Shown here in pieces: positions 26,311 to 38,035 of a stretch of DNA of 64,000 bases. The position numbers were made by a program, and so were the translations under genes. Source of the stretch: Narcine bancroftii (taxonomy: Eukaryota); assembly GCF_036971445.1 (NCBI RefSeq), contig NC_091473.1, positions 255,502,001 through 255,566,000 on the forward strand, read 5' to 3'. Numbering within the stretch: position 1 is the first letter of the stretch; every line of letters begins with the position of its first letter. The notes under the pieces are model-generated. The model worked only from the letters and a program-made list of their open reading frames with translations, had not been told where the DNA came from and did no database searches.

Positions 26311-28929
26311 TCCCAGCACTCCTTCCATTGTCTACCCAGATATTGTTTTTATGGGACCAGTAAACACAGGACCAGTGCACTGACTCCCTAACAAAAGGAC
26401 ATTCCTTCAACCCAAGCTAAATCACAATCTTGCATTGGCTTCCAGCAGATCCTCCCAAATGTCCATATTCCCCAAGTAGCCTTCATTCAAACAAGGACCT
26501 CATTCATTCCTCATCTTGCAGTTGCACCTTGGGAGATGGCCATTCAGACCACCATTCTAGCCCAATTATCCCACACCAATTTATTTGTGCTCCATGGATT
26601 GTATTCAAACCCTGAATTTAAGTTATTCTATCTTCTGATTTGTTGAAGTAGATATTATTAAATTTTAGTGCTAACCAAATCATACTGGTGAGAAAACCCA
26701 ATAGCATCAAAATTGTAAAGTTTGGTCAGTGGGACAGGTTCTTGATTAGCCAGGGCATGAAAGGTTACGGGGAGAAGGCCAGGAAGTGGGGCTGAGTGGG
26801 GAAAATGGATCAGCTCATGATTGAATGGTGGGGCAGACTCGATGGGCTGAATGGTCTATTTCTGCTCCTATAGGGGTCTATAGGACTGTAGGCAACCAGC
26901 CTCAATTAGAAAGTGGTTACTGCCCCAAAGTCCCTACAGTTTACACATTCAATAGGAACTGTGGGTGACCAGACTCAAGCCCCATTCTACCATCCACAGC
27001 TGATTTGCAGTTTAATTCCATTTGGGCTCCCCAGCCATTGCTCGTGCCACACGCCAAAAGTCACATCACAGAAAATGTGTTTGGAGCTGGGATGTTGCTT
27101 CACCGAGCACCTACCCTTTGCCTTGTCAATGCCCCTTACCATTCCACACAGATATGGCCGTCCTTGGCCTCATTCATTGTTGGAGGACAGTTTGCTTCTC
27201 ATTGATGTTTATCTGCATCTGAAAATTGCCTGCATGTATCCAGATGAGTTAACAAAGACAATTCATCAACCATAGCAACTCTGATTCAATGGGCGAAACC
27301 CCAGATCCACCTGCTGCATTCCAATTAATCACTTAACTGCTTAGAGCAACACTGTTACCGCACCAGCAACTGGGGTTAAAATCCCGCACTGTCTGTAACA
27401 AGTTTGTACTTTCTTCCCACATCTACGTGGGTTTCCTCCAGGTGCTCTGGTTTCCTCCCACCCTCCAAAACGTACCCAGGATGTCGGTCAATTTGGTGTA
27501 ATTGGATGGCATGGGCTCAAGGCATGTCCAAATTTTAAAAATTTCAATTAATTTTTTTTTAAAAAAAGCAAGGCTCAGGCATGTGGATGAAAGAAAAAGA
27601 GGGTTACGTGGTAGGTAAGGTTCAGTTTGAGTAGGTTTATATAGGTCATCACAACATATTGGGCTGAAGGGCCTGTACTGTGCAGGAATGATTTATGCTC
27701 CAACTCGCACAAACAATAATGTATTGTTAACAGTGTACAGGCATGTCTATGAGTACAAGATACTGAATTTGATGGATGTGGTGGTGACATCATTTCCTTG
27801 GGTGTGGAGAAAGAACGAGCTGGCAGTTGAAACTGGCCAAAGGTGGCATGCAACTTGATAAACAAGTCTGACGAGGCTGGGGCAGAGGGCAATACACTCA
27901 GCAGGTCAGGCAGCATCTGTGGAAAGGGAAAGGCAGTCAACATTAGGGCCAGAGCCCTTCTTCAGGTATGTCAAGAATCAGGCAGATGTCTGTCCGTGGA
28001 AGGGGGAGGAGCATGGGCTAGGTGGATGAAATGAGCCTGTGTTATCACATGGTCGTAGAGCAGTGGGGATAACCGAAGTGGAGCGAGTGAGAGTCTCCAA
28101 GCTCCCTTCAAAGATATCAGGGGCTGGTATGGGAGCAGCCGAGGGAACCACAAAATGTGCCGTCAATGCCAAGGTCTGGCATCGTGCACAAGGCTGTGGG
28201 AAAGACACAGTCGTGCTGAGAGCCTCTCACTGCTCTCCAGCCCTCAGACAGCGAGCCTGTGCCTCTTCCCATCCCCACCTTCGTCACACAGGTTTTCTGA
28301 ACTCCTAAAGGGCTCAGGCCCAAAGCATCCACTGCCTTTTGCTTTGCTTAAATGTTGCGAGACCTACCGCCTGCCTACTGCACTTGATAACTAGCAAGTA
28401 CCCAGAAATAGAGGTTACATTAAAAACTGACCCATAACAAGCCATGGGAAGCATCGTTCGCACAATGCTCTCAACAGCACCAGTGACTGGGCTCCGAATC
28501 CCACGCTGTCTGTTAGGAGTTTGTACCTGCTCCCTGTGGCTGTGTGGGTTTTCTCGAGATGCTCCAGTTTCTTCCCACTCTTCAAAACCATATGGGGGTC
28601 TGGTGTAATTGGGCGGCACAGGCTCGTGGGCGGACGGGGCCTGTTACCTTGCTGAATGTACCAATTTTAAAATTACTTCCCCCTCCTTCAATGTTTCCAG
28701 TAGTAACTCAACTACTTGCATTATCCAGAACGTTGAGCATAATACACAAAATGCTCAAAACAAGTTGCCTAAAGTATCAATATAATCAGTGAATTGTTTT
28801 GAAAACCAAGATTGGGAATCAGTAATCATTTGGAGTGGTCATTTAGCTGACTCTGTCCATCCCGCCATTCCTCCCCAAATGAGTTCCACTCACAACAAGG
28901 GCAAGATGACGATCAACCCTTCCCTGTAA

Positions 28930-29580
28930 CAACACGACGCTGGGGACCCTCAGCAGGTCGAACAGGATCCTTTATACAGGCAAAAATACATCACCAATGT
29001 TTCGGGCTTGAGCCTCACATCAAGGTGTGAGCAAAATGTCGGCAGGCACCAGAACAAAATGGTGGTGGGGGGGGGAGGACCATGGTCCCAAAGGCAGGAG
29101 TTAAAAGGTGGGATAAGGGAGGGAGGGCACACGAGCGAGCGGAGGTGGGGGTGGGGGGATGGCATGGTGAATAGAGGGGGAAAAGAGTGGAGAGCAGAGG
29201 AAAGGAGACAGAGGGAAAGGGAAGTGAGGGAGAACAGAAACAAGGGAAATCTATGTTAAAACTATCCAGTTAGAGAAAGCCAAGACAGAAGTTAATAAAC
29301 TGGAGGAACGGCACCCAATTTTCAGCCAGGACACTTTCCAACCGGACGGTACTATTATCAACTTTTCCCCCTACCCTTCTCTCTCCCCCCACCCCAATTA
29401 TTTTGTTTGGGTCCCTGCCTACATTTTGCTCTTACCTTGATGAAGGGCTCGAGGGTGAAATGTTGTTCTGTATCTTTACCTTTGTTACATAAAGGACACT
29501 GTCTGACCTGCTGAGTTTCTCCAGCATTTTGTGTTTTTACTTCAACCATGGAGTCTGCAGCCTCTCGTGTTTTACTTCTG
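28930..29580. mobile_element. Pair of Penelope-like 3' ends in inverted (outward-facing) orientation
   Basis: The right arm reads KLEERHPIFSQDTFQPDGTIINF and then the terminal repeat. The left arm is the reverse complement of the same 3' region. Confidence 0.7.
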
Positions 29581-30421
29581 TTGCAACCACACCCTCGTTG
29601 CAATAGTGTGGAAAGAATCACAGTGCGCTCCAGTGAGTGGCCCCCAACCCCCCCAGTACCACTTTTATTGGTGATCATCCTGCGTCGTGGGTAGGCCTGA
29701 ACTCTTACCTCGCACTCTGCAGGTGGGCTGCTCTAACCAGCATTGCCAACCAAAGTGAACAGCTTAGCATTCAGAGTTTAATGGACAGGAGTTGCTGTTA
29801 CATTGCCGACAACTCAGGATGAGCAGGTTCTGCCACATTCCCAGAAGAGAAAAATACATCAGTGACAAGAAATTACTGTTTTCCAAAACAATATTTCTAT
29901 TATGAAATATTTAGCAGCGGCATCCAGCAACAGAGCCCAACAGCTCTGCAGCAGAGAGAGAACAGCAACTCGCCCATTTCAAGATCCCTTTGGTGAAGGC
30001 CATTCAGCCCACTACCCCCTACTAGATCTCCAAAGGTCCCCAAACCTGGATGAAATAAAAATAATTCCACATTTAATACTCTCTGCATCCAAATTGCACA
30101 CCAACATTTGTCGATTAATTGGGGCCCTTGAGGCAAGCCAAATAGAGGAAATAAAACTTGGTACTTTTGAAGCGACTCTTTACTGGAGTCAGGACTCAGT
30201 TCGCCAATCAAGAAATAACAGTGCTCACTTTATCCAAATAACTAACTGGAACTCCAATGTTTGACGCAAATTACATCAGCTGAGTTCGATGTGTACCGAG
30301 TCGGGAACTCAGCTACAAGGCAGAGTTTGTCCTTGGTATTCTCACCCAATGTAACAGTTCCCCAAAGTGAGGGAATGAAGCAGGAAGCATCAGAATTGCA
30401 CGTTGCAACAACTTTCATTCC

Positions 30422-31370
30422 CTTTTTAAAATATTTTATTTAAATTTTTTAACCATACATGGATTCAAATAATTTCAAAATGCAAACACATGATGAGACC
30501 CCAACACCCCCTCCCCCTGCAATCCGAAGAAAAGAGAGAATACATAGAAAAGTGTTAGAATAGAAAGAAGAGTAAGAATGAATGAGAATGGACTGGAAGT
30601 ATTAAATCCATCGAATGGAAAATTCATCTACTTCATCGTTAAAAGGGTTTCACGCAGATTTTAGAGGCCAAGAAGAACATTTAGGAATCTTAAAATTTAA
30701 TCTTTTTTTTGTAAATTCAGGCACCAAATTTGTAAAATATATCACATTTTTTCCTTAAATTATATACAACTTTCTCAAGGGAAATACAACTGTACATTTC
30801 CCCCACACTGTCGTTCCAAACTTAAGTGTGAATCACATTTCCAAACAACTGCAGTACATTTCCTGGCCACTGCTACTGCAATTTTAACAAATTCTATCCG
30901 ATACTTTGTTAATTTCAATTTTGGTCTTATCCCTATAATGTTACCTAATAAAAATAATTCTGGATTTTGTGGAAATTGGGCTTCTGTAATTTGTTCTTTA
31001 AAAAATTCCCTAATTCCAGTCAAAGAGGCCTTACTTTATCACAACCTTTTGAATGTAAAAATGTTCCCACCTCTTCACCACATCTAAAACAGTGAACTGA
31101 CAAATCTGATTTCAACTTATTTAATTTCTGTGGCGTGAGATATAAATGATGTAAAAATTTATATTGGACCAGTCTGTATCTTACGTTTATTGTATTAGTC
31201 ATTCAGTCTCAATATAAATCAGCCTAATTCTCCTCATCTATTATCACATTTAAGTCTGTCTCCCATCTTTGTCTAGATTTCAGAATCCCCAGTTTTGGGG
31301 TCCCCACTTGAAGTAAATGATAAATTGCCGAATTACATTTCTTTGTATTTCCCTTTCTTATTAGGATCCA
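30422..31370 (-). mobile_element. L1-clade 3' fragment
   Basis: NVRYRLVQYKFLHHLYLTPQKL...CFRCGEEVGTFLH, homologous to the 12-kb copy, with an A-rich tail. Confidence 0.85.
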
Positions 31371-31654
31371 CTTTCAAGCACCCTTAACCAAGCACATCCA
31401 TCTTTTACGCTGCGCTTTATTCCGGTGGAAAGCGAGTTCAGATTTAACAGAATGTGGATGCAACACGAGTTTCACACTTGTGCAATAAAGAGGAAACAAA
31501 ACTCCCTTCAGCGTGCTCCAAATTATGTCACTTATTTGCTGTCTGCAAATCACCCTGCACTTTTGTCATGGTCCTACAGACCCTCCCTCAGGGGCCTATC
31601 CAAGTTCCAGAAGCTGCCCCTACCACATCTATCGAGTTCAGTTACATGCAAGGC

Positions 31655-31775
31655 ACCTGGACAGAGATGCAAAAGCAAAATGCTGGAGAAGCTCAGCAGG
31701 TCAAACAGTGTCTTTATGTAGGATCGGCAAAAGGTACAGAACTGACGTTTCAGGCTTGTGCCCTTCATCAGAGGT
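31655..31775 (-). ncRNA. Penelope-type terminal repeat containing the best-preserved minimal hammerhead-ribozyme-like core
   Basis: Minus strand CTGATGA-A-GGGC-ACAA-GCCT-GAAAC-GTC at 31771-31744. Stem I is poorly paired, so activity is doubtful. Confidence 0.5.
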
Positions 31776-34700
31776 CATTGATGTGGTACACCTTCTGCAA
31801 ACAGTGGTAACCTCACCTTGTTACCTGGTGATCTATTGTGCCAATTCCACAATGTTAATTGCATTCAGAAACTCCAATAAAAAGTTATAAAAAGCTTCAG
31901 TCCATGAACAAGTTCCAAAAATTGTACTCTGTTGACCTACACGTTTATTCAGGGACTGAGGAAGGGAAATTTTAATGACATTGACTCAATTTCAACTGTG
32001 ATTTATTCCTTCCAAATTCAGAATCAATTACCCAGGCAGTTCAACTTCATACAAGCCAGTAAATAACATCCCTTGCACTCCTCCAAGACAGGAAGTAACC
32101 ACATTGAGGAACCAATGTAGTTTCATACTGGTTTGGAAATGCACCCGTCCATGCCACAAAGCTCATCTCAAACTCTATGTGCTAGACCAATCAGAGGTCC
32201 ATCCAGGGAAGGGGACAGACGTGACATCTTAGACTGTCTGTTACTGCAATTTGCTAACACCCCGTAGCAGAATTTGCAGCAGTCAGGAAGTTAATGGCTT
32301 GGTATTTCCTGCACCCAAGAACATGGCTCAGCAAATCAAGATGCTCCATTTGCAGTTCAACGGAATGAAGAGCAAGGAAGTTTCCTTAAAAACACACCAA
32401 TTAAATGCAAACTTTACATCAACGGCACTGAAATATTTATACCTTTTTGCTTTCAATGTAATTACTTTCAGATAACTTGTCAGCAAGCACTTCATGTTGT
32501 TCTGTTACTTCGAAACACCCATAATGAATCTTTTTGCGTCATTCCTTCCACATTTGTATCTCCAGATTGCACAAGCCTCACTTTTTTAAAAACTCACTGT
32601 GCTTTTAAACTGTTATCCTTTTCCATCCAACCGGTCATCTGTTCAGCAAGATGCACGATTTTTCCCAAAAATGGCATTGGCCTCCTCAGCACCACAAATC
32701 CTCCAGTTCACAAGATTTCATTTAAAAAAAAACAACTTTTTAAACATAAAACACTTACGTGACCAGAGTCATGGCTTGTTTCATTGCTGTAGTCCCCAAC
32801 ATGGTTGACACTGGCAACAGAATCCATGGGAGATGATCCAATCCACAAGAAGATTATGACATTGCAGTAGGACCTTTTATTAGGTTTGATTGCGAATTCA
32901 CATTGGGAAAAAGCACAACTAATCCAGCAATGGCTGTAAATCCAGACAAATCCAAACAGAAGAGATGCTGTAAATATTTGGCCACAACATGTTACTGAAA
33001 GTTTCTCTTAAAAAAAACAAGTCGACATTCTCTGATTTGCATATAGATTTTTCACTGAATCCACCCGGCATACCCAATTTCATCCTGTGTGGGCACACCA
33101 GTGTTATTCCAAGTAACATTTGAATTACAGTCGTGCAAATCAATTGGTGTAAGCAGATTAATTTAATACAAGGTGGTACAGGAAGGAGGTCGTGGCACGT
33201 GGGGCCATGGGGAGGACTAGAAGTGGTACACCTTCCAACCTGCTCAAGGACCAGTAACTCTTCAATCCATGCATGGAAAGTGGAATAGTCTGGCAAGGCT
33301 GGGACTTGCACCTCATCCTGAAATGCCACAGAACCAGTGGCTCTCTGGGACGTTGCAAAAGGCATCAACATTTGTCCAGGCAAGAGTCCTAAAGGGTAAT
33401 ACAGAACTGTTTCTCATCTCCCAAATGCTTGGCAGCTTCATTTTCTACCAATTTTTAAAAAAATTTATTCCAGATTTAATTTACAGAATTAGTTCCTCAG
33501 CTGCGCTGTGGGTGGCATGTGAACATACCTCCTTGCAAAACCTTGGAAAGGCTCAATGATTTAACAACCCCAACTATTCAAGACCACAGGAATCAGATTA
33601 TGCAGACGCAATACATGTGTATGGTGCCAAGTAAGTTCACTGAGAATTGTTAAAACAGTAAGATCCAAAAACATACAATTGTGGAATGAACAGATAAGGT
33701 AACATTGATAAGAAGTCTAACCACCTACCCTTGACAATCATCGAATTCTTCACCAAGCAACACTCTGAGGTCACCAACATTGACTGTTAGAGTACACAGA
33801 TTAAGATCGATCGCTCCTTCTCATATTCCAAAGCTTCTGCCCCACCACCAGTGTGAGACTAGATGAACGAGGCTCCAACACAATGACCCACCTCCCTCCC
33901 CCCCCAAACACCATCCAGAACTATGCAGCCCACTTGACTGGTGTCCCATTCGCTGCCGTAAACATTTGTCCCCTCACCACCAGCACTCGCTGGCTGTAGT
34001 ACTGCTGTCCATTTGTCACCACATACTCCTCAAACTACCACCAAGCAAAAGGGCAGCAGAAGGACTGCAGCTCTCTAGCACATCCAGGGCCAGCAGGGAT
34101 GAGCTGTAAATGCTGGCCTTGTCTGTATTTGCCAAGATCAGGAAAATGATCAATGGTCATCGAGGTCCATGCCCAACAGTTGTGTAACAGCGGATGTTGT
34201 GCTCTATAAGCAGTTCCACAAAAGGCACTTTGGTCTTCCTGGAACCTGCTATTCTTTCCGTGTAAGAAGATGTCACAAGAGAACGCTGCTGACCGGCACA
34301 TTCCAGGCTCAGAGGTCAGTGCGAGGCCTCAGTGCAAACACTCCAAGGGGAAGTTTGGGTGGGGGGGGGGTGGGAAGACATGGACTGAAATCATATTGTT
34401 TTATCTATAGTCAATAGGAGATTACACGGTTGATTGGGACCAGGGTTCGAATCCCCCACCATCTGTAAGGTTTGTACGTTCCCCCCTTGTCTGAGTGGGT
34501 TTTCCACAGGGGTTCCAGTTTTCTCCCACCCTTCAACATGTACCAGAGGTTGTAGGTTATTAGAGAGGCACAGACTCATGGACCAAAAGGGCTAGTTACT
34601 GGGCCGAAGGTCTAAATTCAATTTAAAATTAGAAGTACGGAAGAAACCAAGTTTGACTGCTTCACAGGGAAGGGGGGTGCTCGTAAACTTTGAGCAGAGT

Positions 34701-35105
34701 CCTGGGGAAGGGGGGCACAGCCAATAAAAGGTTGAGAATGGCTGGGGTAGGGTCCTCCTACAACTGGACACTGAGGAGCTGGGTCTTGTGTCGGAGTCAT
34801 TCCAAACCCTCTCAGGCAGATTGTAAAAGGAGGGACTATGAGTGGTGTTGGCCCATTGTTGGAGAATGCATTGAAATTCTTCCATAAAGCATTAGACGCA
34901 GCCAAAATTAGGCTTATTTATAAAATTATTGTCTTTGCCAATACCACCTAATTTCTGAAAATTGATTTCTGACAGATGGGGCTTAATTAAATGTGATTTA
35001 AAACCGAATCTTGGATCAGCTAAGGTTCCCTTGGAGAGGATGAGACTTGTCCATTTTAACCGTATAAATCACCTCAGCAGTTGGGTTGGCAGATTCCACT
35101 CCTAA

Positions 35106-35771
35106 AACTCCAAGACACCACCTTTCAATCCCCACGGCTAACCCTACGTAGGAACTGTGGTGGGGTGGGCCAGGATTACAGTCAGCACGTTAGTCGACAG
35201 GTAGCTCGAGATCTCCACCTCCAACATCCAGAGAGGAGTTCAAATACATCTGGAACTTTGTTTCTTTTTAAAAAAAAAGTCTCCGTGATCCTAAAACAAC
35301 CAGGTTGCAAGAATAACTTGCCTGACAATATTCTCTCGGAAAGGATATCTGCTACCTTTCACCAGCCTGGAGGCAGCAACCTGAGACAAAGCCACTGTAC
35401 CACTCACTTCAAACAGATCAGAACACCCCACTCCAAAACCCTGGTCCATCCTTCTCCTGTCAGTGCACGCATCCTCACTGCCTCCCAACCAAACCAATGG
35501 AGCAAAGAGTACATCAAATTCTTGGCTCCTCCCTTGAAATTTTAAATGATCCAATTTCTTTAATCATGATGTAAAACAGTGAGACTTATGTTTGCAAGAT
35601 TACCAAGATTTGAAAAAGGGGTGGAGGGTTATGGGGTGGGTGCGAGTTATCGTTGGAGGTGGAGATCTCGAGCTACCTGTCGACTAATGTGCCGACTGTA
35701 ATCCTGGCCCACCCCACCACAGTTCCTATGTAGGGTTAGCCGTGGGGATTGAAAGGTGGTGTCTTGGAGTT
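35106..35771. repeat. 120-bp inverted repeat (arms 35106-35225 and 35652-35771)
   Basis: The arms are reverse complements with 3 mismatches counted by eye. Confidence 0.93.
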
Positions 35772-36774
35772 ATTTTCACCACATAGAACAATTTGGCAAA
35801 GGAACAGGTTCTGGCCCAATGTCTTCCCACTGTGATGCCACCAAAAGCCTCCTGGACCATTCCCAACCATTCCAGATGTGCAAACTCTGCCCCCAAGCCA
35901 CTCCTCCAGGAACTTCTGGAGCTGACAAGATTGCGGGGTGATTTGATGGCGGGATTTAAAATTGTGGAGGATAGGCTTTTTTCCATTGAGAGTGGGGGGG
36001 GAGATTGAAACAAGAGGAGATGGATTGAAGGGGGAAAAGTTGAGGAGAAATTTCTCCACTGAGAGAGAGGGTGGAGGGAGTGTGGAATGAGCTTCCGCCC
36101 AAAGGGGTGGATTTTACCGTTGAAGGAGAAGTGGGGTAGGTTTATGGACCAGAAAGGGGTGGAGGGTTATGGGGTGGGTGCGAGTTATTGGGACGAGATG
36201 GGCAGTTCTGCCAGTGTCATCAGGACTCTAACCGGGCGGGCCCAAGGGGACCCCAGGAACCCCCTCCCTTGCCCCGGGGTGGGAGCCGAGCCGAACCCTG
36301 TCGCTTCCCCATTTCTTGCTGGGAGATTTTTAGCTCGTGAAGGGAAATATTTCAGTCGACGGGGAAACTCCAAAGAACATTCAAAGCCCATTTGAAAGGG
36401 CTGTTCAGTGGGACCCGCTGCGTGGACATTGCCCCGGACCGTTCCCACCGCCGGCGGGGAGTGGGGGGGGAGGAGTGGGGGGGGGGGGGGGAGGAGAGGG
36501 GGGGGGAGGAGTGGGGGGGGGGGAGGAGTGGGGGGGGGGGAGTGGGAGGAATGGAGTGGGGGGCTGCCTTCACTCCCGGCACCAGTGACCGTAGCAGGAG
36601 CCGCGGCTCCTCTTCCAGGTCGGAGCGCAACGTGGGCGAGCCGACACAGCACACGCCAGGCTGCCCGGCGGAGTCCGCATCCCCCCCCCACCCACCGGCG
36701 CTCCCTCCCTCCCTTCGCCCCCACCCCCACCCCTCGCTCCCTCGCCGTCTGTCAGAGCCGCCCCAGCCACTCAC

Positions 36775-36783
36775 CGAACTCAT
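36775..36783 (-). CDS. C1orf116: Candidate first coding segment of C1orf116 (ATG AGT TCG = MSS); would give a 463-aa protein
   Basis: ATGAGTTCG|gtgagt is a strong phase-0 donor, in frame with the exon starting at 22020, about 30 nt downstream of a putative TSS in a CpG-rich promoter. An unrecognised intervening exon cannot be excluded. Confidence 0.5.
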
Positions 36784-36789
36784 CGGACA

Positions 36790-37060
36790 CCCACGCACCG
36801 TCCCAGACTCTCTGACTCCTCCCGCCCCACGCTCGCCCCCTTTATGAGCTTGGCGACGCGGCTCCTCCCCGGCCCGCGCTCGCCCAATCCTCTCCTCTTC
36901 CTTCTTTCTATCCGGCCAATCAGAATACGCCTTTCCTTTACCTGTCCGCCTCGTGGAATTCACGTCCAAACACCAACAGGGGCAGCTCCGAGCTCCCAGC
37001 CGATCAGACTCAGGCAGCCTCTCCACCTGGAGTCTCCAATCAGCTTGCGCTCGTGTGTAA
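36790..37060 (-). promoter_or_regulatory. Putative C1orf116 promoter (CpG-rich)
   Basis: TATA-like CATAAA on the minus strand at about 36841-36846, a GC box (GGGGCGGG) at about 36820-36828, three CCAAT boxes (about 36884, 36916, 37036) and high CpG density at 36.2-37.07 kb. Confidence 0.65.
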
Positions 37061-37339
37061 AAGGGTCCGGACCCCCCCCCCCCCCCCCAGTACACTTACA
37101 CACAGCCTCACCCACCCCAACTACCCTTACACTCCCCACACCCACCCTCACTCTTACACTACCCCTACCTACCTCATCCACCCTTACACACCCCACAGAC
37201 ACACTCACACCCCACCCACTCTTATACTCCCCCACCCAGCCCCTCATCCACCTTTACACACAGCCTCACACTCACCCCACCCACCCTTACACACCCTCAC
37301 CCATCCTTACACACTCCACAGATCTGGGACTATAGATAC

Positions 37340-38035
37340 ACAATTTCCTGAAGATGATATCTCAGGTGGACAGGATGGTAAAGAGAGATTTTGGCATCTC
37401 GGCCTTCATAAATCAAAGTATTGAGTCCAGGAGCTGGGATGTTATGGTCAAGTTGTACAGGACATTAGTGAGGCCAAATTTGGAGAATTGTGTGCACTTT
37501 TGGAGACCTAACTACAGGAAAAATTATCAATAAGATAGAAAGATTGCAGAGAAGATGGACTGGGACGTTGCCTGGTTCTCAGGAACTGAGCTACAGGGAA
37601 AGGTTAAACAGGTTAGGACTTTATTCACTGCAGTGTAGAAGAAGGAGGGGAGATTTGATGGAGGTATTTAAAATTATAAGGAGGATAGACAAGAATAAAT
37701 GCCAATAGGCTTTTTTCCATTGAGGGTCAGTGAGATACAAACCAGTGGGCACAGGTTAAGGGTGAAAGGGGAAAAGTTAAAGGGAAACTTCTTCACACAG
37801 AGAGTAGTGGAAGTGTGGAATGAGATGTTAGTTGAAGTGGTGAATTTTAACATTTAAGAAGAATTTGGATAGGTACATGGATGGGAGGGGTATGGAGGGA
37901 TATGGACTGGGAGCAGGTCAGAGGGACTAAATTTTTCAACAAGGTCTAGAAGATATGGTTCAGAGTGTGAAAAATAAAATTTAAAAAAACCAAGGTCTAG
38001 AAGGGGCCTGTTTCTGTACTGTTCTATGGTTCAGC
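37340..38035 (+). mobile_element. CR1-clade LINE 3' fragment
   Basis: KIERLQRR...SYRERLNRLGLYSLQCRRRRGDLMEVFKII. Confidence 0.88.
37953..37990 (+). mobile_element. 38-bp L1 3'-end micro-insertion with 13-bp TSD
   Basis: The insert ATATGGTTCAGAGTGTGAAAAATAAAATTTAAAAAAAC matches the L1 tail at about 13110-13140 and is flanked by CAAGGTCTAGAAG on both sides. Confidence 0.85.

Noticed and set aside
29700-29780. Strong minus-strand donor GAG|gtaaga as the missing C1orf116 coding exon
   Set aside because: The ATG-led frame ends in phase 2, incompatible with the phase-0 next exon, and has no SARG similarity.
36185-37424. Overlapping Gly/Pro/Thr-rich ORFs on both strands
   Set aside because: Low-complexity G-run and CA-rich sequence around a CpG promoter, with no recognisable domain.
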